Shown here in pieces: positions 1 through 8,674 of a stretch of DNA of 64,000 nucleotides (position 1 is the stretch's first letter; each line of letters begins with the position of its first letter). A program made the translations under genes and the position numbers. Under the pieces are notes generated by a model. The model ran no database searches and had not been told where the DNA came from. It saw nothing but the letters and a program-made list of their open reading frames with translations. The stretch is taken from positions 7,177 to 71,176 of the forward strand of contig JBDRET010000024.1 of assembly GCA_043819495.1 (NCBI GenBank), read 5' to 3'. The DNA is from Candidatus Woesearchaeota archaeon (GTDB taxonomy: Archaea; Nanobdellota; Nanobdellia; Woesearchaeales; UBA11576).

Positions 1-152
1 TTTACACCAATCTTTGAGAGGCGTTTCTTCAAGACTTTAGCTGCAAGATACTCATCACCCGGAGGATTGACTGTCTTTGTCCTTATGAGGTCGCATAGAA
101 ATTTAGTGTAGATATCTTTTCTTTGATTGATGAACTCTGATTTGTCTGGCAT
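1..152 (-). CDS. Partial CDS (N-terminus only, gene runs off the window): M20-family peptidase / ArgE-DapE-like deacylase
   Basis: Minus-strand translation from ATG (revcomp of cat ~150-152) gives MPDKSEFINQRKDIYTKFLCDLIRTKTVNPPGDEYLAAKVLKKRLSKIG, which resembles the N-terminal region of M20 peptidases. Not in the ORF track because it leaves the window. Confidence 0.4.
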   Translation of the reverse strand, partial: MPDKSEFINQRKDIYTKFLCDLIRTKTVNPPGDEYLAAKVLKKRLSKIGV

Positions 153-200
153 TCCGATAGCCTTCCAGTAATTCACGCTGTAGCTGTACTGCTTGTGATC

Positions 201-791
201 TCAGCGTATCTTATCATTGAGCTTAAGACTCAGGACCAAGTCATCAAGTTTCTTCAGGTCATACTTGACTGAATCGAACTTCTTCCTCAGTTCGCCACCT
301 GCAAAATCGAAAAGCATGAGTTCGTCATAAAGATCAGACACAAGATCCTTCAGCTTGACAGAAGTATCGTACTCTCCTTTGATCGCTGAGTTTATCGCTT
401 TTCGTACCAGCTCTCCAGTAAGATCGATCAGGCCCATCAGATAGAATTCAGGGTCCAGCTTAAGCTGTGTATTGCTAGGTATCTTGTTGTTCTTTGTGAG
501 TTCATAGAAACATAATGCTTCAACATATTCCTGGACCGCTACCTTGTATGAGCCAGAACTCAGGAGTTTAGGGCTCTTTGCATATGATGTGAGCTTCTTG
601 AAGAGTGCAGCCATATCTTTTGTAGCTGCCCCTGCTGACTTCAGGTCATTCCTATGTACAGCATATATGACTGTCTTTGAGAGTTTGATTACCTCACGCG
701 AGGTCTTTATGACAGCATCCCTCTGCTTGTCACAAGCATCAATATCATTCTTTATCCGCTCTAAATCTTTTTTGTCAAGCATCGATAACAC
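201..791 (-). CDS. Translin-family protein (archaeal translin-like nucleic-acid binding protein)
   Basis: 196 aa, all-helical composition, with 'GLIDLTGELVRKA' resembling the translin 'DLTGEL' signature. Homology is recalled from memory and not searched. Confidence 0.4.
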   Translation of the reverse strand: MLSMLDKKDLERIKNDIDACDKQRDAVIKTSREVIKLSKTVIYAVHRNDLKSAGAATKDMAALFKKLTSYAKSPKLLSSGSYKVAVQEYVEALCFYELTKNNKIPSNTQLKLDPEFYLMGLIDLTGELVRKAINSAIKGEYDTSVKLKDLVSDLYDELMLFDFAGGELRKKFDSVKYDLKKLDDLVLSLKLNDKIR

Positions 792-832
792 CAGTTTTTA
801 AAAAGTCGCTGTGCCATTATAAATCTTACGTT

Positions 833-1465
833 TTGGCCCGTAATTCGGCAATGGCATCAAATCTGTCCAACGAAAGATTTATATACTCTATTTCACAATG
901 CAGGACTTATATGGACAGTACATTTAGAGGTGTAATCGAATTTTTTGTACGGTTAGGAATCTACGATGTAGTCCTGCCTTTCTTGCTCGTTTTCACTGTA
1001 GTTTTCGCAATAATGGAGAAGACACGCGTGCTTGGAGTTGAAAAGACTGGCAGCGGTGAATTCACGCGAAAGAACCTCAATTCGATGGTCGCGTTTGTAA
1101 TAGCGTTCTTAGTTGTAGCGTCTTCCAGGCTTGTGGCAATAATAAACGAGACAATGGCAAACATGGTTCTCCTGCTCATGTTGAGCGTGTGCTTCCTGAT
1201 ACTTATAGGGAGCTTCATGAAGGAGACAAAAGATGGAGTGTTTCTTGAAGGTAGTTGGGCAAAGTTATTTACAATTATCATGTTCGTCGGATTATTACTT
1301 ATATTCGCAAATGCGCTTGGTTGGCTTGAGCCTTCCTGGCAATATCTGTTACATAATTATGACAGCACTGTCATGGCATCACTCCTGCTTATCGCAGGAA
1401 TGGTCGGTTTCGTGTATTGGATAGTAAAAGATCCAAAAAAAGATGGGTCAGGGTCATCATCATAA
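833..1465 (+). CDS. Polytopic small membrane protein, paralog 1 of 3 in tandem; the true start may be the internal Met near 911
   Basis: 4-5 predicted TM helices. Shares the N-terminal motif 'DVVLPFLLVFTVVFAIMEKTRVLG' with the next two ORFs. Confidence 0.5.
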   Translation: MARNSAMASNLSNERFIYSISQCRTYMDSTFRGVIEFFVRLGIYDVVLPFLLVFTVVFAIMEKTRVLGVEKTGSGEFTRKNLNSMVAFVIAFLVVASSRLVAIINETMANMVLLLMLSVCFLILIGSFMKETKDGVFLEGSWAKLFTIIMFVGLLLIFANALGWLEPSWQYLLHNYDSTVMASLLLIAGMVGFVYWIVKDPKKDGSGSSS

Positions 1466-1506
1466 AAGTGATGGACTGATTATCATATTCAAAGGAGGTA
1501 AGAAAA

Positions 1507-2133
1507 ATGGCATATCCTTATGGTGGTTACGGAGGCAGTGGCGGTGGTTACTTCGCGAACCTTCTTGGCGTCCTGCAGACCTGGGGTCTTACAGACGTTA
1601 TCCTGCCGTTCATACTTGTGTTTACGATAGTCTTTGCGGTAATGCAGAAAGTAAAACCGCTCGGACCTGCAGATGGCAGGACCAAGCCGTTCAATGTAGT
1701 GATATCATTAGTCATGTCACTTTCAGTAGTCATACCTCACGTCATGGGTTATTATCCTCCTGGAGCTGATGTAGTCAATATCATAAATGCAGCATTGCCG
1801 CAGGTATCAGTAGTGCTTGTCGCAGTCCTCATGGTCTTGTTGATCGTTGGACTCTTCGGCGGCAAGGCAGAATGGGGCGGCCCACTTTCAGGCTGGCTGG
1901 CATTCTTCTCATTCATGCTTGTGATATTCATCTTCGGCAGGGCAGCAGGATGGTTCTATTATCTCCCAAGCTGGTTGTACTGGCTGGACAACCCTGACAC
2001 GCAAGCTATGCTCCTCGTGGTCGCAGTATTCGCGATAATCATCTGGTACATAACCAAGGATGACAGCAAGGAGCAGAAAGGTATGAAGGATTTCGGTGAT
2101 GCCTGGGGCAAGCTCTTTAAGGGCACCAAATAA
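1507..2133 (+). CDS. Polytopic small membrane protein, paralog 2 (Gly/Tyr-rich N-terminal tail)
   Basis: Contains 'DVILPFILVFTIVFAVMQKVKPLG', the same motif as paralogs 1 and 3, and is hydrophobic throughout. Confidence 0.55.
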   Translation: MAYPYGGYGGSGGGYFANLLGVLQTWGLTDVILPFILVFTIVFAVMQKVKPLGPADGRTKPFNVVISLVMSLSVVIPHVMGYYPPGADVVNIINAALPQVSVVLVAVLMVLLIVGLFGGKAEWGGPLSGWLAFFSFMLVIFIFGRAAGWFYYLPSWLYWLDNPDTQAMLLVVAVFAIIIWYITKDDSKEQKGMKDFGDAWGKLFKGTK

Positions 2134-2188
2134 TTTTTTAAATCATATTTCATATCATTTTTTTAATCTACAGTAAAAAGAGGTCAAC

Positions 2189-2761
2189 ATGGCGACATTT
2201 TTAGATATAGGACTTGCAGAACATTTCGCGATAATATTCCCTATACTTCTAGTCTTTGTGATAGTATTTGCACTACTTGAGAAATCTAAGATATTGGGAG
2301 ACAATAAAGGGTTACATTCGCTGATTGCATTATCTATAGCCATAATGATGATCTTTGTCCCGGGTCTTGTCCAGGTCGTGGTCATAATGGCACCTTGGTT
2401 TGTTATACTGTTTTTGTTGGTTACATTCTTCCTGCTGCTGCTCATGTCTTTTGGCACTAAGTGGGATGCGATATCAGGAGTGGCAAATGTCTGGCAGACA
2501 CCACATTGGTTTCTTCTTATCATATCCTTAATAGTATTTATCGGTGCATTAGCACAGGTATATGGTGGGGCTATGCTTCCATTCTCAGACGATGGCAGCG
2601 TGCAGGTGTCTTCAGCAGCTGATACTAACCTCACGACAGATACAGGGAATTTCAACCAGAATGTCGGCAGGGTGATATTCCATCCGAAGACTATTGGCCT
2701 GTTCTTCATGCTTATGGTAGGCGCACTCACGATAAAGCTTCTCGCATCAACTCCGAAGTGA
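2189..2761 (+). CDS. Polytopic small membrane protein, paralog 3
   Basis: Contains 'FPILLVFVIVFALLEKSKILG', the same motif, and is hydrophobic throughout. Confidence 0.55.
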   Translation: MATFLDIGLAEHFAIIFPILLVFVIVFALLEKSKILGDNKGLHSLIALSIAIMMIFVPGLVQVVVIMAPWFVILFLLVTFFLLLLMSFGTKWDAISGVANVWQTPHWFLLIISLIVFIGALAQVYGGAMLPFSDDGSVQVSSAADTNLTTDTGNFNQNVGRVIFHPKTIGLFFMLMVGALTIKLLASTPK

Positions 2762-2798
2762 ACTGTATAGTCCTGGTAGGTCTTTCTTGAAACTTTTA

Positions 2799-2818
2799 AG
2801 AAATAGCTAAACAAATAC
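2799..2818 (+). repeat. Solo copy of the 20-mer 'agaaatagctaaacaaatac' (identical to 26025-26044)
   Basis: Exact 20/20 match in an intergenic spacer between convergent genes. Confidence 0.5.
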
Positions 2819-2851
2819 AAAATATCAATAAAATATTATTTCTATTGATAA

Positions 2852-3598
2852 TTAATGCTTAGAAGGCGCATGTGCTTTCATGCTGTCAGTTATCCTTGAG
2901 AGCTCTGAGATATTCTCTATGAAGCCTGGCAGCACCTTCTGGAACACTTTCTCCAGTGCCTTGACCTCAGTGCCCACATCACCAATGTGTTTGTCATATT
3001 CCCCTACACGCTCAAGAATGCCTTGGTGCATCTTATCAAAGTCATCCTTCATCGCCTTCATCAAGGTCTCAAGCTGTATCAATCTTGTCTCGGTCTTATC
3101 CTTCCATTCTATTATTCGGTTGATGTTCTCCATCAAGTCATTCCATTTCTCTTCGATGATCGCTTCTGCAATCTCTTCGATACGCTCATTGCTACCGCTT
3201 GAGTCCATCATCGCAAGCTCTTCACCTGCGACAGGAGCGCCTGGATAGCCTCCTTGAGCTGACATGTCTGGAGGAAGATTCGGATCTGCCATATTACCAC
3301 CTGCGCCGTTAAACGGCATCTTTGTTTGCATCCTCATATCTGCCTGGTTCATGGCATCCAAGACCTGATTTGTATTGTACCCTTGTCTCTGTAGTGCTGT
3401 CACAATCTGATTATTTGAGAGGCCCTGTTGCCTCATGCTCAGAACAGCTTCTGTAGGGGTATCTTCTGGCATATTAATCCTCGAACCAAGCAATATGTCT
3501 ATCAAGGGTAATGCTGTTTTTAAAGGTTTCGTTAGGCCCGGGTGCATCAAGCAGGTTTTTTTCGTATCTGTTTCGTATCTGTTTCGACGAAAAAACAT
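2852..3598 (-). CDS. Coiled-coil protein with an N-terminal Q/N-rich region; the likely true start is the internal Met at ~3547 or ~3472
   Basis: The C-terminal half has heptad-like charged repeats. The ORF's 5' end overlaps a hairpin/direct-repeat region (3555-3596), so an internal start is favoured. Confidence 0.45.
   Translation of the reverse strand: MFFRRNRYETDTKKTCLMHPGLTKPLKTALPLIDILLGSRINMPEDTPTEAVLSMRQQGLSNNQIVTALQRQGYNTNQVLDAMNQADMRMQTKMPFNGAGGNMADPNLPPDMSAQGGYPGAPVAGEELAMMDSSGSNERIEEIAEAIIEEKWNDLMENINRIIEWKDKTETRLIQLETLMKAMKDDFDKMHQGILERVGEYDKHIGDVGTEVKALEKVFQKVLPGFIENISELSRITDSMKAHAPSKH
3555..3596 (+). promoter_or_regulatory. Hairpin (gtttttttcg / cgacgaaaaaac) enclosing the direct repeat 2x 'tcgtatctgtt', in the divergent region between the coiled-coil gene and the DUF87 ATPase gene
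   Basis: Read directly from the sequence. Confidence 0.4.
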
Positions 3599-3638
3599 TT
3601 AAATACTCAGAGCCATAATACATTAAGCAGAGGCGAAG

Positions 3639-4991
3639 ATGTCGGACGAGAAAAAAGAGCAGCAAAAAGAGGAAGACTTACCCATAGTAATAGGCAGAAG
3701 CCCTGCTGATGTGAAAAAGTACGGCAAGAAGGGCGCGATACTTCTTGGAAGACAATATGTGGAGAAGCTTGACAAGCTGTTCATGGATAAGACGGTGTAT
3801 ATGGATGTTGCAGGAGCGCATGTCATCCTCATATGCGGAAAGAGAGGTGGCGGAAAGTCTTATACCATGGGAGTGATAGCAGAAGGGCTTTCCATGCTTG
3901 AACCTGAGGTCCAACAGAACCTCAGCATAATACTTCTTGATACGATGGGAATCTATTGGACGATGGGGCATGCAAACAAGAAAGAGAAAGATCTCCTCGC
4001 ACCATATGGGATAACCCCACACCCTGTAGAGCTGAAGATATTCACTCCTGAAAAATTCTATTATGAATACAAGAAGAAAGGTATCAGGACTGATGAGCCG
4101 TTCTCGCTTGAGCCGCACATGATAACAGGAGATGACTGGTGTGTAGCGTTCAAGCAGGACAAGTATTCTCCAAATGGGCTGTACATACAGAAGATCATGG
4201 AAGAGGTCTCAGAGAAGAATGAAAAATACCAGATGAAAGATATCTTTGCTTATATCTCGGCAGATAAAGAGACTGATAACCAGGTAATCTCGGCAATAAA
4301 AAGCATGTTCACTACAGCTGAAGGATGGGGAGTGTTCTCAGAGAAAGGGACTCCCATAGAAGATCTTGCCAAAGGCGGGCAGATAACTGTACTTGATGTG
4401 AGCTGTTATGCTACCATGCCAGGAGGATGGGATGTCAAAGCGCTGGTGGTCGGGATCGTGTCAAAACACCTATTTCTCACAAGGATGGCATTCCGAAAAG
4501 AGGAAGAGCTGTCATCAATAAAATATCTTGAGGATTACTTCACAGACAAGACATCTGATGATGCGCAGAAACAGGATATGCCATTGGTTTGGCTGGTCAT
4601 CGACGAAGCACATGAGTTCCTGCCTAAAGATGAGAATGACGTGAATGCCGCGACAGAACCTCTCAAGATAATAATGAGAGAAGGAAGACAACCAGGAATA
4701 TCACTTATTGTCGCTACACAGCAACCTGGAAAGATACATACTGATGTCATGACGCAATGTGATACGGTGCTCTCGCATAGGATAACTGCGCGGCTTGATG
4801 TCCAGGCATTAGGCCTTCTTGCACAGAGTTATATGGAGCATGGGATCGAGCGCGCGATGAATGACCTTCCCACAATGAAAGGTACTGCAGTCGTCTTTGA
4901 TGATCTCAATGAGAAGATAATGATGATAAGGGTACGTCCGCGGTTCACATGGCACGGTGGCGCAAGCCCGTCCGCAATAAAAGACGACTAG
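3639..4991 (+). CDS. DUF87 / HerA-FtsK-like P-loop ATPase
   Basis: Walker A 'ICGKRGGGKSYT', Walker B 'WLVIDEAHEFLP', and 'ATQQPGKIHTDVMTQCDTVLSHRITARLD', which is typical of the HerA/VirB4-like 'ATQRP...' arginine-finger region. Confidence 0.6.
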   Translation: MSDEKKEQQKEEDLPIVIGRSPADVKKYGKKGAILLGRQYVEKLDKLFMDKTVYMDVAGAHVILICGKRGGGKSYTMGVIAEGLSMLEPEVQQNLSIILLDTMGIYWTMGHANKKEKDLLAPYGITPHPVELKIFTPEKFYYEYKKKGIRTDEPFSLEPHMITGDDWCVAFKQDKYSPNGLYIQKIMEEVSEKNEKYQMKDIFAYISADKETDNQVISAIKSMFTTAEGWGVFSEKGTPIEDLAKGGQITVLDVSCYATMPGGWDVKALVVGIVSKHLFLTRMAFRKEEELSSIKYLEDYFTDKTSDDAQKQDMPLVWLVIDEAHEFLPKDENDVNAATEPLKIIMREGRQPGISLIVATQQPGKIHTDVMTQCDTVLSHRITARLDVQALGLLAQSYMEHGIERAMNDLPTMKGTAVVFDDLNEKIMMIRVRPRFTWHGGASPSAIKDD

Positions 4992-5072
4992 TCAATCACT
5001 GGCCTTGTCGGTCAGTCTATCATCAGGACCAGAATCTATTGAACCAGAAATCTACTCTACTGAAACAGAACT

Positions 5073-5633
5073 CTATTGATTAAGCTTAAGGTCGCGTAAT
5101 ACCAGCTGGATCTGCTCTTTGATATATTTCTCTTCCTGAAGACGGATGTTGAGGTCCTTGAACTGTGCATCCACCTGTTCTGCAATCATCTTGGTCACGG
5201 TATCGCGGGTCACGAAGTTTATCGGTTCCCAAATATTGATGTATTTCTGGAGCACATCAACATCCTGCCTTTTTGCGCATTCCTTGAGCTCGCGCACTAT
5301 GATCTTCATCTTCTCTATGATGTCGTCAAGCTGTTTCTTAAAATCATCTAGCTGTGAATGCATGGTCTGGATCTCAGTCATGATCTTCTTGTTGCTGTTG
5401 AGCATGTTCTGGTCAGTCACTTGGGTCTTCTTCCGAAGGTTAGTATACCGTTCTTCTATGACCATCATCCTTCGGCCTAGATTATTGACCTCACCAGCTA
5501 TATCAGAAACAGATTTAGACAGGTCAGCACCAGGCTTAGGCTTGGGTGCAAACAGGCCTCCAGAAGGTTTAGGCGGGGCTGCCGCTTGCAAAGACGCTCC
5601 AACTCCTGGGGGTACAGACATCTGATCAGCCAT
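5073..5633 (-). CDS. Coiled-coil protein with a Pro/Gly-rich N-terminus (trimmed to start MADQMSVPPG; the ORF track extends to 5723)
   Basis: Long heptad-rich helical sequence (e.g. 'LRKKTQVTDQNMLNSNKKIMTEIQTMHSQLDDFKKQLDDIIEKMK'). No catalytic motifs. Confidence 0.45.
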   Translation of the reverse strand: MADQMSVPPGVGASLQAAAPPKPSGGLFAPKPKPGADLSKSVSDIAGEVNNLGRRMMVIEERYTNLRKKTQVTDQNMLNSNKKIMTEIQTMHSQLDDFKKQLDDIIEKMKIIVRELKECAKRQDVDVLQKYINIWEPINFVTRDTVTKMIAEQVDAQFKDLNIRLQEEKYIKEQIQLVLRDLKLNQ

Positions 5634-5920
5634 TTTTAAACATTCACCTTCATTTCCTGATATGTATTCAGTTGTTTGCTCGCCAGAGCAACAAGCTGTA
5701 TGCTGGCGATATAAATGTATCAAAACCTTTATTAAATCAGACCGGGTCTGATACTTGCTATCTATATAGTCTTAATATGTAGTATTAAGCCAATACTATT
5801 ATAATAAAGTTTGTGTGAGTATGTTTTAGTGGTGTAGCCGCAGTGTAGCTTTCAGTGCTGTAGCAATCAAGGCATCCTGCTAAGGCTGCCTGTCCCAATA
5901 TAAGAAAATGGTGAATCTGT

Positions 5921-8251
5921 ATGATGTTCCATGCCAACAAACCCCTATATTCCTATGAGGTAGTGCGTGAGGGAGAGGATAATGTCCTTCGTGTAAATTA
6001 CGAAGGTGCTCCTGTGGTCCCTTCTATGGAGAACAATCCTATTGTCATGTCAAGGGTCTGTGATAACCTTATCGAATCAAAGAATGCGACCAAGATAATA
6101 TTCACCCAGAAACGGGAATATGAGTATGATTATAATCAGACACTCCTGATCAAGGAGATTGCAGAGGTGTACGACAAGCTGTCCAAGCAGAAGGACATGT
6201 TCACCCTGACTGCACTTCAGGTGGATGAATCATCCAAGAGATTCGCCAATAGATGGTATACTGAGGTACAGACACTCATCTTCCAGACATTGAGGGCTGA
6301 CCCGATAGGGATGTATGTTGACCTCAAGAGAAAAGCGAGAGAAGAGAAGGTCAACTTCATCAAGATTGTCGACGAGAAGATAAAGCCCGGCATAAGCAAT
6401 TACATCAAGCTGCTGACATATGTCATAAATGTCATGGAGAAGACACGTCTGATTACCGTCGCAAAACCTTTCCTTTCCGGTTACCATATAGGTGACAGGG
6501 AGATCTACAGTAATTTCTTCCATCCCATGATAAAGCCTGACTTCATGTGGACAAAGCTCATGGCGAATTATCCTCCTGATGGGGAAGAGATGGACAGTTA
6601 CGTAATAGGTGATGATACAGAGATAGTGATATTCAGGTTGCAGGATTCTGTACAGTACATATATCACATGACCCCTCCAGAATTCAAGCTATCAGAGGAT
6701 AAATATGAACTTCTTGACATGGCACGTAACATCCTTGCCGAGCACAAGCCGAGCAAGCAGGAATTCACTGATCCTGAAAGGATGAGAGAGGTCTTCACCA
6801 ATGTAGGCAAGGATCTCATGGCTGAGCTTGTCGCATACAAGAATATGGAGATGTCACAGAGTGAGATAGAGAAGCTTGCCAATATTCTCGTCAGGTATAC
6901 CGTAGGTTTCGGTCTGGTCGAGGTCCTGCTTCAGGATGATAAGATCCAGGACATATCAGTGAACAGCCCGCAAGGCAGGCTCCCTATATTTGTCGTCCAT
7001 GCGGATGCTGCTGATTGTGTCACTAATGTCATCCCGACGAAGACAGAGGCAGAGAGCTGGGCAACAAAACTAAGGATGATATCAGGCAGACCTCTTGATG
7101 AGGCAAATGTAATCCTTGATACTGAACTTGAGATGCCGGGAGCATCCATAAGGGTGTCTACGATAACCCAGCCGCTCAACCCATCAGGACTCGCATTCTC
7201 GTTCAGAAGGCATAGGGACAAGCCATGGACGCTGCCGCTTTTCATGAAATACAAGATGATCAGCCCTCTTGCAGCAGGACTTCTCAGTTTTCTTGTGGAT
7301 GGTACAAGGAGCATGATGGTGTGCGGTACCAGGTCAAGCGGAAAGTCTGCTTTCTTATCTTCCCTTCTCATAGAGATCATGCGTAGATACAGGATAATAA
7401 CTGTAGAGGATACTCTGGAGCTTCCTACAACATCAATGCGTCGACTGGGATTCAACGTGCAGCCGATGAAGGTAGCGAGCGCACTTGCAAAAGGGAGCAG
7501 TGAGATGAGTGCAGAAGACGGCATAAGGAGCACGTTAAGGTTGGGTGACAGCGCGTTGATAGTCGGTGAAGTAAGGAGCAGTGAAGCCAAAGCACTATAC
7601 GAAGCTATGCGAGTAGGTGCTGCAGCTAACGTCGTTGCAGGAACTATCCATGCTGACAGCCCTTTTGGTCTTTTTGATAGGGTAGTCAATGACATAGGCA
7701 TCCCGAAGACCAGCTTTAAGGCGACTGATATAGTGATAATCGCGACCCCTATAAAATCCGCAGATGGCCTTCACAGGGTCAGGAGGGTGACACAGATAAC
7801 TGAGATCCGAAAGAGCTGGCAGGAAGATCCGATGCTCGAACACGGATTTGTCGACCTGATGAAATATGATGCAAAGACAGACAGTCTTGAGCCGACCGAT
7901 GAATTGCTCGACGGTGATGCAGAGGTCCTCAAGGCAATCGCCGCAAACATACCTGACTTCGCAGGCAATTGGGATGCTGTATGGGATAATATAGTCCTGC
8001 GAGGGGAACTCAAAGAGATATTGTTGAATAAAGCGATAGAACTTGATGATATGGACATGCTAGAAGCACCATTTGTCATAAAATCCAATGATAAGTTCCA
8101 TCTGCTTGTAGAAGAGGTCAAGAAAGACACAGGGACACAGGATAACAAAGAGCTGAAGCGACGATGGGAGAACTGGTTTGACCGTGAACTGAAGAAAAGA
8201 AAACTTAATAAAGGCAAAACCGACTTCAATCCGTATGGATTGAGCTATTGA
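5921..8251 (+). CDS. Type II/IV secretion-system ATPase of the FlaI/GspE/TadA family, unusually long (776 aa) with N- and C-terminal extensions
   Basis: Walker A 'CGTRSSGKSAF' (a variant of GxTGSGKT), Asp-box/Walker B 'IITVEDTLEL', and a 'VGEVRSSEA' His-box-like region. The domain order matches the FlaI N-domain followed by the ATPase domain. Confidence 0.75.
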   Translation: MMFHANKPLYSYEVVREGEDNVLRVNYEGAPVVPSMENNPIVMSRVCDNLIESKNATKIIFTQKREYEYDYNQTLLIKEIAEVYDKLSKQKDMFTLTALQVDESSKRFANRWYTEVQTLIFQTLRADPIGMYVDLKRKAREEKVNFIKIVDEKIKPGISNYIKLLTYVINVMEKTRLITVAKPFLSGYHIGDREIYSNFFHPMIKPDFMWTKLMANYPPDGEEMDSYVIGDDTEIVIFRLQDSVQYIYHMTPPEFKLSEDKYELLDMARNILAEHKPSKQEFTDPERMREVFTNVGKDLMAELVAYKNMEMSQSEIEKLANILVRYTVGFGLVEVLLQDDKIQDISVNSPQGRLPIFVVHADAADCVTNVIPTKTEAESWATKLRMISGRPLDEANVILDTELEMPGASIRVSTITQPLNPSGLAFSFRRHRDKPWTLPLFMKYKMISPLAAGLLSFLVDGTRSMMVCGTRSSGKSAFLSSLLIEIMRRYRIITVEDTLELPTTSMRRLGFNVQPMKVASALAKGSSEMSAEDGIRSTLRLGDSALIVGEVRSSEAKALYEAMRVGAAANVVAGTIHADSPFGLFDRVVNDIGIPKTSFKATDIVIIATPIKSADGLHRVRRVTQITEIRKSWQEDPMLEHGFVDLMKYDAKTDSLEPTDELLDGDAEVLKAIAANIPDFAGNWDAVWDNIVLRGELKEILLNKAIELDDMDMLEAPFVIKSNDKFHLLVEEVKKDTGTQDNKELKRRWENWFDRELKKRKLNKGKTDFNPYGLSY

Positions 8252-8263
8252 TCTTCCGATCCA

Positions 8264-8671
8264 TTGTTGATAAAAAGAGGCATCAATATGGCAGTACCGA
8301 CAGCACAGGCACCACAGAATTATTATTCCAAATCACCTCCAGGTGCAAGACCTGGACCTTCTTACGCCAAACAGATGCCTGTAAGTCCTGGCGCTGCACG
8401 TAGCCCTTCTCAGAACACTGGAACTGCAACTCCTCAGCAGAGTGTCAAGAAAGAGTTTGATATAAATCTCTATTTCAAGGCAGTAGGATTGTTCTTCAAT
8501 GATTTCTTCGGAAAGAAAATGCCTTACTTCTTCCAGAATATGGGGCCTGTGATGCAGAATGCGCCTAACTGGTGGAACAAGCTCCCTCAGGATGAACAGA
8601 TATCATATGGTGTTATGGTATTTGGAGGATTCCTTTTTGTTGCAGGGATAGTGCTTTTTGTAGTGCTGTGA
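8264..8671 (+). CDS. Small Pro/Gln-rich protein with a C-terminal TM anchor (start probably the Met at ~8288)
   Basis: Low-complexity N-terminus, then 'VMVFGGFLFVAGIVLFVVL' as the terminal helix. Confidence 0.4.
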   Translation: MLIKRGINMAVPTAQAPQNYYSKSPPGARPGPSYAKQMPVSPGAARSPSQNTGTATPQQSVKKEFDINLYFKAVGLFFNDFFGKKMPYFFQNMGPVMQNAPNWWNKLPQDEQISYGVMVFGGFLFVAGIVLFVVL

Positions 8672-8674
8672 TGA

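Noticed and set aside
6931-7701. 256-aa antisense ORF inside the FlaI-like gene (and similar antisense ORFs inside 8675-10309, 19356-21218, 35772-37586, 45157-47046, 48255-51437)
   Set aside because: These are fully embedded antisense to motif-bearing genes with Ser/Leu-rich composition. Typical shadow ORFs.
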